A stretch of 64,000 nt of DNA from Motiliproteus sp. (GTDB lineage Bacteria > Pseudomonadota > Gammaproteobacteria > Pseudomonadales > Balneatricaceae). The stretch lies in assembly GCA_041586735.1 (NCBI GenBank), contig JBFGZQ010000013.1, forward strand, positions 23,186 through 87,185. Reading direction: 5' to 3'. Shown piece after piece: positions 10,474 through 20,802 of this stretch (position 1 is the first letter of the stretch; each line of letters begins with the position of its first letter). The notes beneath the pieces are model-generated. The model saw only the letters and a program-made list of their open reading frames with translations, had not been told where the DNA came from and searched no databases. The translations under genes and the position numbers were made by a program.

Positions 10474-11567
10474 AACTCGGTTTCCTGGCTCGGTTCTAGG
10501 GGAATATAAATCACGAACTCGGTTTGACCTGCCTGACTCTGGCATTCGATCAAGCCGTTATGCTGATTGATAATCGACTGGGCGATAGACAACCCCAACC
10601 CGGTGCCTTCCGCCCGCCCACTGATCATCGGAATGAACAGCGTCTCTTTCAACGCCTCCGGCACACCCGGACCATTATCACTAATCACCAACTGACACAC
10701 CAACCGATGACGCTCGGCCCCCAGGGTAAACTGACGAATAGCCCGGGTTCGCATACAGATCCGTGGTCGCTTCGTCACCGACTCCCGCAACGCCTGAATA
10801 CTATTACGCACGATGTTAAGCACCGCCTGGATCAGCTGCTCCTCATCGCCATTCAGCTCGGGAATACTGGGATCGTAGTCACGCAAAATCTCGATCTCTC
10901 CGGCCGTCTCGGCATTCGTGAGACTGTAGATATGCTCCAGAATCTGATGAATATTGAGTGGCTTTTTATCCAGAATCTGCCGCGGCCCCAGCATCCGATC
11001 GACCAGATTTTGCAGGCGATCCGCCTCGGTGATAATGACCTGGGTATACTCATTAAGACTGGCGTCGGGCAGCGCCCGCTCCAACAACTGCGCCGCCCCA
11101 CGGATACCACCAAGCGGGTTTTTGATCTCGTGCGCCAGACCACGAACCAAGCCTCGGGTGGCCTCCTGCTGCGCTCGTGAATCCTCCTCCCGACCCATCC
11201 GCATCAACCGATCCCGCGGCAAGATCTCCACCAGCAGGTGACCATTTTGCAGCCCCACCAGCGGCGTGACGCTGTAGTCAGCCTCGATCTCCTTACCATG
11301 CGCCAGATACAGATGCGCCTCACGCCGGGTAAAGGAGTGTCCCGTATCCAAGACATCACTAAGCACATCGTAAAATTCAGAGTGGTCCCGTATCAGTGTC
11401 AACACACTTTCGCCGGCAATCCGTTTGGCGCTGACATCAAACAGCATCTCTCCCGCCGGATTGAGATAGCGCAGACAACGATCGGCATCGAGCATCAACA
11501 CCGCACCCGATAGATTATCTAGCAATTGTTTATAGAGATTTTGCACACCAGCCTCGCAGCTCATCAT
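10470..11567 (-). CDS. ntrB: Nitrogen regulation sensor histidine kinase NtrB
   Basis: 365 aa with a PAS-like N-terminus, an H-box (LAHEIKNPLGGIRGAAQLL) and an ATPase domain (DNGPGVP..GTGLGLSIAQ). Confidence 0.9.
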   Translation of the reverse strand: MMSCEAGVQNLYKQLLDNLSGAVLMLDADRCLRYLNPAGEMLFDVSAKRIAGESVLTLIRDHSEFYDVLSDVLDTGHSFTRREAHLYLAHGKEIEADYSVTPLVGLQNGHLLVEILPRDRLMRMGREEDSRAQQEATRGLVRGLAHEIKNPLGGIRGAAQLLERALPDASLNEYTQVIITEADRLQNLVDRMLGPRQILDKKPLNIHQILEHIYSLTNAETAGEIEILRDYDPSIPELNGDEEQLIQAVLNIVRNSIQALRESVTKRPRICMRTRAIRQFTLGAERHRLVCQLVISDNGPGVPEALKETLFIPMISGRAEGTGLGLSIAQSIINQHNGLIECQSQAGQTEFVIYIPLEPSQETEL

Positions 11568-11759
11568 CTAACGGTACAACCATGGCGCGCATCCACAACA
11601 CCCTTGGCACCCAGTATCCGTCCTTATTGATAGAGGGCGCTGCAATAAACAAACCACAATCATCCTTATCAGCAACCCTGAGCCGCATCACTACAGCAGC
11701 GCAACCACGGGGACCAGGCGATGCGGCATGCAGCCCGGCAACAACCCACCAATAGACCG

Positions 11760-11776
11760 AGCACCAAACTGGTGCA
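11760..11776. promoter_or_regulatory. NtrC-type binding box in the glnA-ntrB intergenic region
   Basis: AGCACCAAACTGGTGCA differs from the TGCACCA-N3-TGGTGCA consensus only at the first base. Its position matches the NtrC-repressed glnL promoter known from enterics. Confidence 0.6.
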
Positions 11777-11845
11777 TCCTCTAGTATCCGCCCAATGACG
11801 CACCATAACAACGCGCCAACCAAGGCCCTGCGTTGACATTAAGAC

Positions 11846-11874
11846 AAAAAAAACCGCCCGTAGGCGGTTTTTTC
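11846..11874 (-). terminator. Rho-independent terminator after glnA (bidirectional shape)
   Basis: AAAAAAAA-CCGCCCGTAGGCGG-TTTTTT. The GC stem is flanked by an A-run and a T-run, 13 bp downstream of the glnA stop. Confidence 0.8.
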
Positions 11875-11886
11875 AGCTCGCTAACA

Positions 11887-13293
11887 TTACACGCTGTAGT
11901 AAAGCTCAAACTCAACCGGGTGAGTGGTCATCGCGATACGCTCCACTTCAACCTGCTTGAGCTTGATGTAGGCATCAATCGTATCATCGCTGAACACACC
12001 ACCCGCGGTCAGGAACTCACGATCAGCATCCAGCGCCTCCAGAGCCTCTTCTAGGCTGCTACACACCGTTGGGATCGCCAGCGCCTCTTCAGCGGGCAGG
12101 TCATACAGATCCTTGTCTGCGGCATCGCCAGGGTGGATCTTGTTCTTAATGCCGTCTATAGCACCCATCATCAGCGCGGTGAAGCACAGGTAAGGGTTAG
12201 CCGCTGGATCAGGGAAGCGGAACTCGACCCGACGCGCCTTAGGGTTGGTGACATAAGGAATACGGATAGAAGCAGAACGGTTACGCGCAGAGTACGCCAG
12301 CATAACCGGCGCTTCGTAGCCAGGCACCAGACGCTTGTAGGAGTTAGTGGCTGGGTTAGCAAAGGCGTTGATCGCCTTAGCATGCTTGATAACACCACCG
12401 ATGGCGTACAGCGCCATATCGCTCAGACCGCCGTAGGAATCGCCAGAGAACAGGTTCTGACCATCTTTAGAGATCGACATATGTACGTGCATACCTGAAC
12501 CGTTATCGCCAACCAGCGGCTTAGGCATAAAAGTAGCGGTCTTGCCGTACGAGTGTGCCACGTTGTGGACACAGTACTTCAGCACCTGAACTTCGTCAGC
12601 TTTCTTAACCAGGGTGTTTGGACCCACGCCGATTTCACACTGGCCCGCGGTACCGACTTCATGGTGATGTACTTCGATCGTCAGACCCATGGAGGTCATC
12701 GCATCGCACATGGCGGCACGCAGATCATGCAGCGAGTCGACCGGAGGCACGGGGAAGTAACCGCCCTTAACCACGGGACGGTGGCCGATGTTACCGCTAT
12801 CAAACTCGCGGTTAGATGACCAAGCTGCCTCTTCAGAGGAGATCTGGTAGCCGGCACCCGAGATATCGGCATGCCATTTCACATCGTCAAACACGAAGAA
12901 CTCGGGCTCAGGACCAAACAACGCAGAATCACCAATACCTGAGGACGCCAAATAGGCTTCACAGCGCGCAGCGATGGATCGCGGATCACGCTCGTAGCCC
13001 TGACCCGTGGTCGGCTCAACGATGTTACAACGCACGATAACCGTGGCATCTTCGGTGAATGGATCCAAGCGTGAAGCGGAGTCATCGGGAAGAAGGATCA
13101 TGTCTGATTCGTTGATACCCTTCCAACCCGCAATAGAAGAGCCATCGAACATCTTGCCCTCTTCGAAGAAATCATCGTTCACATCGGAAGACGGGATCGT
13201 AACGTGCTGCTCTTTGCCTTTGGTGTCGGTAAAACGCATATCGACCCAACGCGCTTCACTCTCTTGGATCAACTTCAGAGTATGGCCTAGCAT
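11887..13293 (-). CDS. glnA: Glutamine synthetase type I
   Basis: 468 aa with [15 protein letters not shown], the adenylylation-region NPYL.. and FELYYSV at the C-terminus. Confidence 0.95.
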   Translation of the reverse strand: MLGHTLKLIQESEARWVDMRFTDTKGKEQHVTIPSSDVNDDFFEEGKMFDGSSIAGWKGINESDMILLPDDSASRLDPFTEDATVIVRCNIVEPTTGQGYERDPRSIAARCEAYLASSGIGDSALFGPEPEFFVFDDVKWHADISGAGYQISSEEAAWSSNREFDSGNIGHRPVVKGGYFPVPPVDSLHDLRAAMCDAMTSMGLTIEVHHHEVGTAGQCEIGVGPNTLVKKADEVQVLKYCVHNVAHSYGKTATFMPKPLVGDNGSGMHVHMSISKDGQNLFSGDSYGGLSDMALYAIGGVIKHAKAINAFANPATNSYKRLVPGYEAPVMLAYSARNRSASIRIPYVTNPKARRVEFRFPDPAANPYLCFTALMMGAIDGIKNKIHPGDAADKDLYDLPAEEALAIPTVCSSLEEALEALDADREFLTAGGVFSDDTIDAYIKLKQVEVERIAMTTHPVEFELYYSV

Positions 13294-13343
13294 AATGATG
13301 TCTCCGCTCTAACAAACGCACAGATACTGTGCTTTGGATAATT

Positions 13344-13365
13344 CTGTAACCGAATTCGGTTACAG
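13344..13365. promoter_or_regulatory. Perfect 22-bp palindrome in the glnA leader
   Basis: CTGTAACCGAATTCGGTTACAG is its own reverse complement. It lies between the sigma-54 promoter (13398-13413) and the glnA start (13293). Confidence 0.5.
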
Positions 13366-13397
13366 CAAATTGTGGTTATAACGCCTGTCAATGTCAT

Positions 13398-13413
13398 AGC
13401 AAACACTATGCCA
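13398..13413 (-). promoter_or_regulatory. Sigma-54 (-24/-12) promoter of glnA
   Basis: The minus strand reads TGGCATAGTGTTTGCT. The GG and GC dinucleotides have the canonical spacing of TGGCAC-N5-TTGC, about 105 bp upstream of the glnA ATG. Confidence 0.7.
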
Positions 13414-13476
13414 ACGCTCATATACACCTCTGAGCCCCGATATCCAACGATTACTCCCGCTCACCTACCCCAGTAG

Positions 13477-13493
13477 CGCACAAAAATAGTGCA
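13477..13493. promoter_or_regulatory. NtrC-type enhancer box upstream of glnA
   Basis: CGCACAAAAATAGTGCA has a GCAC-N7-GTGC core as in TGCACCA-N3-TGGTGCA, about 80 bp upstream of the sigma-54 promoter. A further strong half-site, TTGGTGCA, sits at 13517-13523. Confidence 0.55.
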
Positions 13494-13676
13494 ATAATGA
13501 TGCAGACGTTGCCTTTTGGTGCACGCAGCAGCGCACTAGCATAGAGGCTTCAGGACTTAGTTCAAGAGGGCGGGCAACTATTTACGCTTAAAAAGCGGTT
13601 TTGTCGCTTCATTGAGCCAGAGCTAAGGTATAATGCCCGATTTTTCCCACGGGCCAGCCTTGGCCGGAGCATTTCT

Positions 13677-15491
13677 GTGATTGAGAACTTACGTAACATC
13701 GCCATTATTGCCCACGTTGACCACGGTAAAACCACCCTGGTAGACAAACTGTTATCGCAATCCGGCACCCTGGATCGCCGCGATGAAGGCGCCGAACGGA
13801 TCATGGACTCCAACGACCAGGAGCGCGAACGCGGCATCACCATCCTCGCCAAAAACACCGCTATCACCTGGAATGGCAACCACATCAACATCGTTGACAC
13901 CCCAGGACACGCCGATTTCGGTGGTGAAGTTGAGCGGGTACTGTCGATGGTCGACTGCGTACTGCTGCTGGTCGATGCGGTTGATGGCCCTATGCCACAA
14001 ACCCGCTTCGTCACCCAGAAAGCGTTCGCCCAGGGCCTGAAGCCGATCGTGGTGATCAACAAGATTGACCGCCCCGGCGCACGCCCTGACTACGTCATGG
14101 ATCAGGTATTTGATCTATTCGACAACCTCGGCGCTACCGACGAACAACTCGACTTCCCGGTAGTCTACGCCTCCGCCCTCAACGGCATCGCCGGACTCGA
14201 CCCCACCGAGATGGCCGAGGATATGACCCCGCTGTTCGAAGCGATTATCAAGCACGTACAGCCACCGGTCATCGACGCCGAAGGCCCGTTCCAGATGCAG
14301 ATCTCGGCGCTGGACTACAACAGCTATTTAGGCGTTATCGGCGTGGGTCGCGTGACCCGCGGCCACATCAATACCAACGCTCCTATCAAGGTGATCGACA
14401 GAGAGGGCAAAGTCCGCTCCGGCAAGATCCTTAAGATCATGGGTTACATGGGTCTAGAGCGCATCGACATTACCACGGCCGAAGCCGGCCACATTGTCTG
14501 CGTGACCGGCATCGACGGGCTGGGCATCTCCGATACCCTGTGCCACCCCGAGACTGTCGAAGCCTTGCCACCACTGAGCGTCGATGAGCCGACCGTTTCT
14601 ATGACCTTCCAGGTCAACAACTCACCGTTCGCCGGCCAAGATGGCAAGTTCGTCACCTCGCGTAACATCATGGAACGCCTGGATCGCGAGCTGATCCACA
14701 ACGTCGCCCTACGGGTACAGCAAGGCGACTCGCCAGAGAAATTCAAGGTATCTGGACGCGGCGAACTACATCTGTCGGTACTGATCGAGACCATGCGTCG
14801 CGAAGGTTTCGAGCTGGGCGTTTCTCGTCCTGAAGTAGTGCAGAAGATCGTCGACGGCGAGATCCAAGAGCCCTACGAGATGGTGATGCTGGATGTTGAA
14901 GAGCAACACCAGGGCTCCATTATCGAAGAGCTGGGCAAGCGTAAGGGCGACATGACCAATATGGAAGTGGATGGCAAGGGCCGCATCCGCCTGAGCTTCA
15001 TCATCCCGTCACGCGGCCTGATCGGCTTCCGCAGTCAGTTCCTGACCATGACCTCGGGCACCGGCATCATGACCTCGATCTTCGATCATTACGGTCCTGT
15101 CAAAGAGGGCGAAGTCACTTCGCGCAGCAACGGCGTCCTGGTTTCCATGGTGTCAGGCAAGGCACTGGGCTACTCACTCTGGAACCTGCAAGAACGCGGC
15201 CGCCTGTGCGTAGAACCCAATATCGAAGTGTACGAAGGGATGATTCTGGGAATCCACAGCCGCTCCAACGATCTCGCCGTCAATCCGATCAAGGGCAAGC
15301 AGCTGACCAACGTTCGTGCCTCAGGCACCGACGAAAACATTCAGCTGACACCCTCCATCAAGTTCACCCTCGAGCAGGCCCTGGACTTTATCGAAGACGA
15401 CGAACTGGTAGAGGTCACCCCTCACGCCATCCGCCTGCGCAAGAAGTTCCTCAAGGAGCACGAGCGTAAGCGCGCCGCACGTGGCGGCTGA
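13677..15491 (+). CDS. typA: Translational GTPase TypA/BipA
   Basis: 604 aa with a GTG start per the track. It has [22 protein letters not shown] and NKIDR GTPase motifs. Confidence 0.95.
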   Translation: MIENLRNIAIIAHVDHGKTTLVDKLLSQSGTLDRRDEGAERIMDSNDQERERGITILAKNTAITWNGNHINIVDTPGHADFGGEVERVLSMVDCVLLLVDAVDGPMPQTRFVTQKAFAQGLKPIVVINKIDRPGARPDYVMDQVFDLFDNLGATDEQLDFPVVYASALNGIAGLDPTEMAEDMTPLFEAIIKHVQPPVIDAEGPFQMQISALDYNSYLGVIGVGRVTRGHINTNAPIKVIDREGKVRSGKILKIMGYMGLERIDITTAEAGHIVCVTGIDGLGISDTLCHPETVEALPPLSVDEPTVSMTFQVNNSPFAGQDGKFVTSRNIMERLDRELIHNVALRVQQGDSPEKFKVSGRGELHLSVLIETMRREGFELGVSRPEVVQKIVDGEIQEPYEMVMLDVEEQHQGSIIEELGKRKGDMTNMEVDGKGRIRLSFIIPSRGLIGFRSQFLTMTSGTGIMTSIFDHYGPVKEGEVTSRSNGVLVSMVSGKALGYSLWNLQERGRLCVEPNIEVYEGMILGIHSRSNDLAVNPIKGKQLTNVRASGTDENIQLTPSIKFTLEQALDFIEDDELVEVTPHAIRLRKKFLKEHERKRAARGG

Positions 15492-15510
15492 TCTCTAAAC
15501 CGGCATCATA

Positions 15511-15539
15511 AAAAACCCCGCAGCCAGCGGGGTTTTTTA
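15511..15539 (+). terminator. Rho-independent terminator after typA
   Basis: AAAAA-CCCCGC-agcca-GCGGGG-TTTTTT. Confidence 0.85.
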
Positions 15540-15623
15540 TGGGTGGCCCACGACTCATGTATCGATAGCCCCCACCCAAGATCTCTTATACTATCAAGTG
15601 ATCTGTCGGCAGGAGCCCTTTCT

Positions 15624-16574
15624 ATGCACACCCTTTTTCCCGAGATCCAACCCTATCTGCAGCAACAGCTGAACGTTGACCCACGGCACAGCCTGTATAT
15701 AGAGGAGAGCGGTAACCCGCGCGGCCAGCCGGTACTGTTTGTCCATGGTGGTCCTGGCGGGGCGACCAGCGAGTTCGGACGACGATTTTTTGATCCGGAA
15801 AAATACCGCATCATCCTGTTTGATCAGCGCGGCTGCGGCAGATCCACCCCGCATGCCGAGCTGCACGACAACAGCACCGCTCACCTACTGGCTGATATGG
15901 AAGCGATCCGCCTGCACCTCGGCATCGATAGCTGGTTGCTGTTCGGCGGCTCTTGGGGCTCGACCCTGAGCCTGCTCTATGCCCAGGCCTATCCCGAGCG
16001 TGTTAATGGTCTAATCCTGCGCGGTATCTTCCTGTGCCGTGATCAGGATATCCGTTGGTTTTACCAGGAGGGTGCCAATCAGATCTTTCCTGACCATTGG
16101 CACGAGTACGCCGCGCAGATCCCCAAATCCGAACAACACGACTTTGTCTCCGCCTATTACAAACGCCTCACCTCGAGCAACGAGATCGCCCGGATGGCGG
16201 CAGCTAAAGCCTGGTCTAGCTGGGAGGCGCGCTGCTCGACCCTGAACCCCAGCAACAGCCTGGTGAACCACTTCAGCGAACCCCATGTAGCACTGGCGAT
16301 GGCTCGCATCGAGGCGCACTACTTCGTTAACAAAGCGTTTATTGAACCCAACCAGATCCTCGATCAGGCTGACAGAATCCGCAGTATTCCTGCTATCATC
16401 GTCCACGGCCGTTACGACATGGTCTGCCCGGTGAATCAGGCGCTATCACTGTATGATTTGTTGCCCGAGGCGGAGCTGCATATTGTCCGCGATGCCGGCC
16501 ATTCTGCACTGGAACCCGGCATCACCGACAACCTGATCAAGGCCACTAACCACTTCGCTATGCGCCTGGCCTAA
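15624..16574 (+). CDS. pip: Prolyl aminopeptidase (proline iminopeptidase)
   Basis: Start moved to ATG 15624 (MHTLFPEIQPY). It has HGGPGG, the nucleophile elbow GGSWGSTL, and a catalytic His near DAGHSA. Confidence 0.85.
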   Translation: MHTLFPEIQPYLQQQLNVDPRHSLYIEESGNPRGQPVLFVHGGPGGATSEFGRRFFDPEKYRIILFDQRGCGRSTPHAELHDNSTAHLLADMEAIRLHLGIDSWLLFGGSWGSTLSLLYAQAYPERVNGLILRGIFLCRDQDIRWFYQEGANQIFPDHWHEYAAQIPKSEQHDFVSAYYKRLTSSNEIARMAAAKAWSSWEARCSTLNPSNSLVNHFSEPHVALAMARIEAHYFVNKAFIEPNQILDQADRIRSIPAIIVHGRYDMVCPVNQALSLYDLLPEAELHIVRDAGHSALEPGITDNLIKATNHFAMRLA

Positions 16575-16613
16575 TCGCTTCAGCTGAGCGCCTATCTTGC
16601 CGCAAGGACCCCT

Positions 16614-17051
16614 ATGCTTGCTTTGATTCAACGCGTTAGCGAAGCCTCGGTGAGGATAGATAATGATATCCATGGCCAGATAGGCCCCGGGATCCTATTA
16701 CTGCTCGGGGTACAAAAAGGTGACGATCGGGCGGCGGCGGACAGGTTACTAAAAAAGGTGCTGGCCTATCGCATCTTCAACGATAGCGATGGCAAGATGA
16801 ACCTGAGCCTGACCCAGACTGGCGGCGGGCTGCTGATTGTCTCCCAGTTCACCCTGGCCGCAGACACCCGCAAAGGTCTACGTCCCGGCTTTTCCACGGC
16901 GGCGCCCCCAGAACAGGGTGAAGCGCTGTACGATTATTTTATCAGCCAGGCACGCAGACAGGCGTTGCAGATAGCCAGCGGTCGGTTTGGTGCGGACATG
17001 CAGGTCGCGCTGATCAATGACGGTCCAGTCACCTTTATGCTCAATAGTTAA
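16614..17051 (+). CDS. dtd: D-aminoacyl-tRNA deacylase
   Basis: 145 aa with MLALIQRV.., VSQFTL and NDGPVTF motifs. Confidence 0.9.
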   Translation: MLALIQRVSEASVRIDNDIHGQIGPGILLLLGVQKGDDRAAADRLLKKVLAYRIFNDSDGKMNLSLTQTGGGLLIVSQFTLAADTRKGLRPGFSTAAPPEQGEALYDYFISQARRQALQIASGRFGADMQVALINDGPVTFMLNS

Positions 17052-17106
17052 CAACAATCTAAATCCTTGAAGATACAAAAACTGAATATGAAATCGTTAT
17101 CCTATT

Positions 17107-18114
17107 TTGATTAATCAAATACGAATCAAAATCAAGCCTTTCGTAAATACTAACTTTCCGGGTCTACTGGCGTGCATCACCATCGGCCTGGCCGCGGGCT
17201 TTCTGGCTGACCATTACGGCGGCCCAACGATGCTCTATGCACTACTATTAGGCATCGCCGTTAATTTCTTGCACGATAATGAGCACACTCAAGCCGGCAT
17301 CGAACTGTCGGTCAAATCTATTCTCAGGATTGGCGTCGCCCTGCTCGGCTTTCGTATATCCGTTGACGCGGTGCTGGCGCTAGGTTGGCCACCGGTGCTA
17401 CTGGTCGTCGGTAGCGTCATTGCCACGATCGGCTTTGGCGCCTTCTGCGCCCGTTTTATTCAACGCGATAGCCATTTCGGGCTACTCACCGGCGGTGCTG
17501 TTGCCATCTGCGGTGCTTCTGCGGCACTGGCAATCTCCGCACTATCGCCCAAGACCCCCGAACACCAACGCGACACCCTGTTTACCGTGATCGCCGTCAC
17601 GGCCATGAGCACCATGGCGATGATATTCTATCCGCTGTTTGCGGCCTTTATCGGCCTCAGTGACACGGCTAGCGGCATCTTCTTCGGAGCCACCATCCAC
17701 GACGTCGCCCAGGTAGTCGGTGCCGGTTACAGCCTGTCGGAAGAATCCGGCGATATAGCCACGGTGATCAAGCTGCTTCGTGTGGCCATGCTGCTACCGA
17801 TCGTGCTGTTATTATCGGTATGGATGCGCCGGCAGCAGCGCGGCAATAGTGCATCCACACCGTTACCGGTCCCCTGGTTCGTGTTTGCGTTTGCGCTGTT
17901 TGTGGCCATCAATAGCAGTGGCTGGATACCTGTTTATCTCACTGAAATTCTGGTCGAGATCTCCAGCAGCTGTATTGTCACCGCGGTGGCGGCCTTGGGG
18001 ATGAAAACTTCATTGGCAGAACTGATCAAGATCGGCCCTCGACCCGTGCTGCTAATCGTCGCCGAAACCCTGTTTTTAGCCGCTATTGTCAGTATCACGC
18101 TGCAGTTTATGTAG
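17107..18114 (+). CDS. YeiH/UPF0324-family inner-membrane protein (putative sulfate exporter family)
   Basis: 335 aa, about 10 predicted TM helices and a YeiH-like N-terminus (FPGLLACITIGLAAGFLA). The only in-frame start upstream of the first helix is a TTG at 17107, so the start is uncertain. Confidence 0.6.
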   Translation: MINQIRIKIKPFVNTNFPGLLACITIGLAAGFLADHYGGPTMLYALLLGIAVNFLHDNEHTQAGIELSVKSILRIGVALLGFRISVDAVLALGWPPVLLVVGSVIATIGFGAFCARFIQRDSHFGLLTGGAVAICGASAALAISALSPKTPEHQRDTLFTVIAVTAMSTMAMIFYPLFAAFIGLSDTASGIFFGATIHDVAQVVGAGYSLSEESGDIATVIKLLRVAMLLPIVLLLSVWMRRQQRGNSASTPLPVPWFVFAFALFVAINSSGWIPVYLTEILVEISSSCIVTAVAALGMKTSLAELIKIGPRPVLLIVAETLFLAAIVSITLQFM

Positions 18115-18168
18115 GGATTCTGCGAAGAACTCCCGTATAGCGGCCGCCATCTACCAAGCCCCTCCGCT

Positions 18169-18192
18169 GACACCCAGAGCGACACCCAGAGC
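18169..18192. repeat. Tandem 12-bp repeat GACACCCAGAGC x2 (plus a partial third)
   Basis: Seen directly in the yeiH-phnA intergenic region. Confidence 0.7.
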
Positions 18193-18287
18193 GACAGAGT
18201 CGTCTTGGGCTGGTAAATATCGTACAATAGCGCACGTTAAAACTACGCGTATCTGTTGTCATCATCCAGAATCAGGCCAGACTATCC

Positions 18288-18866
18288 ATGAATATCGAAC
18301 AAACGCTACTCGAGCGCAGCGGCTCAACATGCGAGCTCTGCTCCTCCGACGCCAACCTGAGCGCCTACTCGGTGCCGCCAGTGACCGATGAGAGTGCCGA
18401 GCGTTCGCTATTGCTCTGTGATACTTGCAGTAACCAGATCGACAATCCTGAAAGTATGGAGGCCAACCATTGGCGCTGCCTGACCGACAGTATGTGGAGC
18501 CAGGAACCGGCGGTGCAGGTGATGGCTTATCGTCTATTAACACGCCTCTCTACTGAACCCTGGGCACAGGATCAGCTGGAGATGCTGTATCTGGACGAAG
18601 AGACCAAGGCCTGGGCCGAAGCCGATAACAACAGCGCCGACAGCGATGCCGAATCCACCACCAAAGACAGCAACGGCGCGATTCTCAATGGCGGCGATAC
18701 CGTGACCCTGATTAAAGATTTGGATGTTAAGGGCGCAGGATTCACCGCCAAACGTGGTACCGCCGTGCGCGGCATCTCGCTAACCAATAATCCCGAGCAG
18801 ATAGAAGGGCGGGTCAACGGCGTACGCATCGTACTGCTGACCAAGTTCCTGAAGAAGTCGGGCTAA
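18288..18866 (+). CDS. phnA: PhnA-family zinc-ribbon protein
   Basis: It has an N-terminal CELC..CDTC zinc ribbon and the C-terminal PhnA domain KDLDVKGAGFTAKRGTAVRGISL..IEGRVNG..IVLLTKFLKK. Confidence 0.85.
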   Translation: MNIEQTLLERSGSTCELCSSDANLSAYSVPPVTDESAERSLLLCDTCSNQIDNPESMEANHWRCLTDSMWSQEPAVQVMAYRLLTRLSTEPWAQDQLEMLYLDEETKAWAEADNNSADSDAESTTKDSNGAILNGGDTVTLIKDLDVKGAGFTAKRGTAVRGISLTNNPEQIEGRVNGVRIVLLTKFLKKSG

Positions 18867-18959
18867 AAGCCCTATCGGAGAGCGCCTGAGTCGTAAACTG
18901 CCGGGTAAAAGCTCGACCCACAAGGAGGTGGATCAAACTCATTCCGACAGCAGGACTGC

Positions 18960-19595
18960 TCAGCCCTTCAGGGCCTGGATTTCGCGCGCCAGCGCCTTGG
19001 CCATCGCCGGACGCGCTAGCAGCCGTTCCCGATAGGCATTAAGATTAACCTGCTCGATCGGCTGCTCAAATTTCACCCCCCACTGCAGCGTATGAGCGAT
19101 CAAAATATCGACCGCCGTAAAGCTATCGCCCAGCAGATAATCCTTATCACCCAGGCCCTGACTGAGAACCTCCAGCGCTTTCTGGTACTCCCAGCTGGCG
19201 GTGGCAAAGATCTCTTGAATCCGCCGCTCTTCAGGCAGGGCAAACCTGTGCTTTGCCATGGTCCAGAGCGGCTGCTCCAACTCACAGACAGCAAAATAGC
19301 TCCACTGCTCAAATAACCCACGCAGGTGGCTGCCGACGACAGGAATCAGTGAACTATCGCCGTACTTGTCCGCCAAGTAGCTGACAATCGCAGCCGATTC
19401 AAACATCACCAGCGCATCGTCCTCAATCACCGGCAACTTACCGGCAGGGTTCAGGGCCAGAAATGTGGGCGTGCGGTTGTCACCTTTGGAGAAATCGATC
19501 AGTTGATACTGATAATCAATCCCCAGCTCTTCCAGCAACCAGGTGATCCGTAATGAGCGGGAGTTGGGGGAACCGTAGACCTTAACCATGAACAC
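18960..19595 (-). CDS. Glutathione S-transferase family protein
   Basis: 211 aa. It has an N-terminal thioredoxin-like GST fold (VYGSPNSRSLRITWLLEELGIDY, KLPVIEDD..MFESAAIVSYL) and a helical C-terminal domain. Confidence 0.75.
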   Translation of the reverse strand: MFMVKVYGSPNSRSLRITWLLEELGIDYQYQLIDFSKGDNRTPTFLALNPAGKLPVIEDDALVMFESAAIVSYLADKYGDSSLIPVVGSHLRGLFEQWSYFAVCELEQPLWTMAKHRFALPEERRIQEIFATASWEYQKALEVLSQGLGDKDYLLGDSFTAVDILIAHTLQWGVKFEQPIEQVNLNAYRERLLARPAMAKALAREIQALKG

Positions 19596-19848
19596 TATCC
19601 TCTGCGTCGATAATAAAAGCTGACCCTCAGGCCCAGTGTCTCAGCTTAGTCATGGCCTGACCGACTGACAACTAAAGACCTCGATTCAGCACTTTGACTA
19701 TTCAATGACAGACGATTCAGCTATGCACGATTCAACTACAGGCCGCCTATAGCGGCCTTTAAAGGCGCTGTAGTAGAGCACCGGAATCACCACCAGCCCG
19801 GCAATGGCAATAAGAGCAGAATAAGAAATAGAACCGCTAGCCGTTGAG

Positions 19849-20802
19849 CTAGAGCCAGCCCTTGCGCTTAAAGTAGACGTAGGGGGCCATGCCCGCCAGC
19901 ACCATCAACCCCAGCGCCCAGGGATAGCCGAGCCTCCACTGCAGCTCGGGCATAAAATCAAAGTTCATGCCATAGATGCTGGCCACCAACGTGGGTGGCA
20001 AAAACACTACGGCGGCGATCGAGAAGGTCTTGATAATCTGATTTTGCTCGATATTGATAAACCCCTGCGTCGAGTCCATCAAGAAATTGATCTTGTCGAA
20101 CAGGAAGGTGTTATGCGACATCAGCGTGTCGACGTCGCGCATCACCACCCGACACTCCTCCTGCCACTGAGGATGCTCGCGCAGGTGGCGCATCAAAAAA
20201 GCCACCGAGCGCTTGGTATCCATTAGGCACAAGCGGATCTTACCGTTGCTGTCTTCCAGCTTGGCGAGCTGATCGATGGCATCATCCAGCGGGGCGTCTT
20301 CATCCTCCAGCACCGAGAAGCTCACCCTCTCGAGTCCCGTATGAATATCCTCGAGCTGGTCGGCCAGATTCTCCACTTTCTGATCAAACAGCGATACCAG
20401 CAGCTCCGAGGGCGAATTTACCTCGATCTGACCGGCTCGGGTACGCAATCGCAGTAGCCGAAAATCGGCAAGATCATCATCGCGAACCGAGATCAGTCGT
20501 TCGGGTTGCAGAATAAAGGCAACCGTCACCGTCTGATGGCGCCCCTCAATCTGGGTCAAAAACAGCGAGTGGATATGCACCCCGCTATGATCGATAAAAT
20601 AGCGTGCGGAGGACTCGATCTCCTCGACCTCATCGGATTCGGGCAGCTCTGCACGCAGAAACGCCTCTAGCTGATCACGCTCCTCTTCGGTCGGCTCATC
20701 GGCATCGATCCAGGCCCCTTCCGCCAGTAAGGGAAGCTGTTCGCCCGTGGCGATAGGCTGCTGCGCCAAGCGGCCATGATGAATACTAAAAACACGAATC
20801 AT
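19849..20802 (-). CDS. corA: Magnesium/cobalt transporter CorA
   Basis: 317 aa with the YGMNF signature followed by the second TM helix and a basic C-terminus. Confidence 0.9.
   Translation of the reverse strand: MIRVFSIHHGRLAQQPIATGEQLPLLAEGAWIDADEPTEEERDQLEAFLRAELPESDEVEEIESSARYFIDHSGVHIHSLFLTQIEGRHQTVTVAFILQPERLISVRDDDLADFRLLRLRTRAGQIEVNSPSELLVSLFDQKVENLADQLEDIHTGLERVSFSVLEDEDAPLDDAIDQLAKLEDSNGKIRLCLMDTKRSVAFLMRHLREHPQWQEECRVVMRDVDTLMSHNTFLFDKINFLMDSTQGFINIEQNQIIKTFSIAAVVFLPPTLVASIYGMNFDFMPELQWRLGYPWALGLMVLAGMAPYVYFKRKGWL

Noticed and set aside
10524-11180. 218-aa plus-strand ORF, and many similar ORFs (for example 2230-2865, 9163-9714, 25889-26359, 28360-28917, 50219-50734 and 60195-60818)
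   Set aside because: All lie antisense to, or out of frame within, confidently identified genes in high-GC DNA. Their translations are R/P/Q/H-rich with no family motifs, which is typical of shadow ORFs.
11530-11823. 97-aa minus-strand ORF in the glnA-ntrB intergenic region
   Set aside because: It overlaps the ntrB start and spans the NtrC operator. Its W/C/R-rich translation has no motifs and there is no Shine-Dalgarno sequence. The space is better explained as the glnL/ntrB promoter region.
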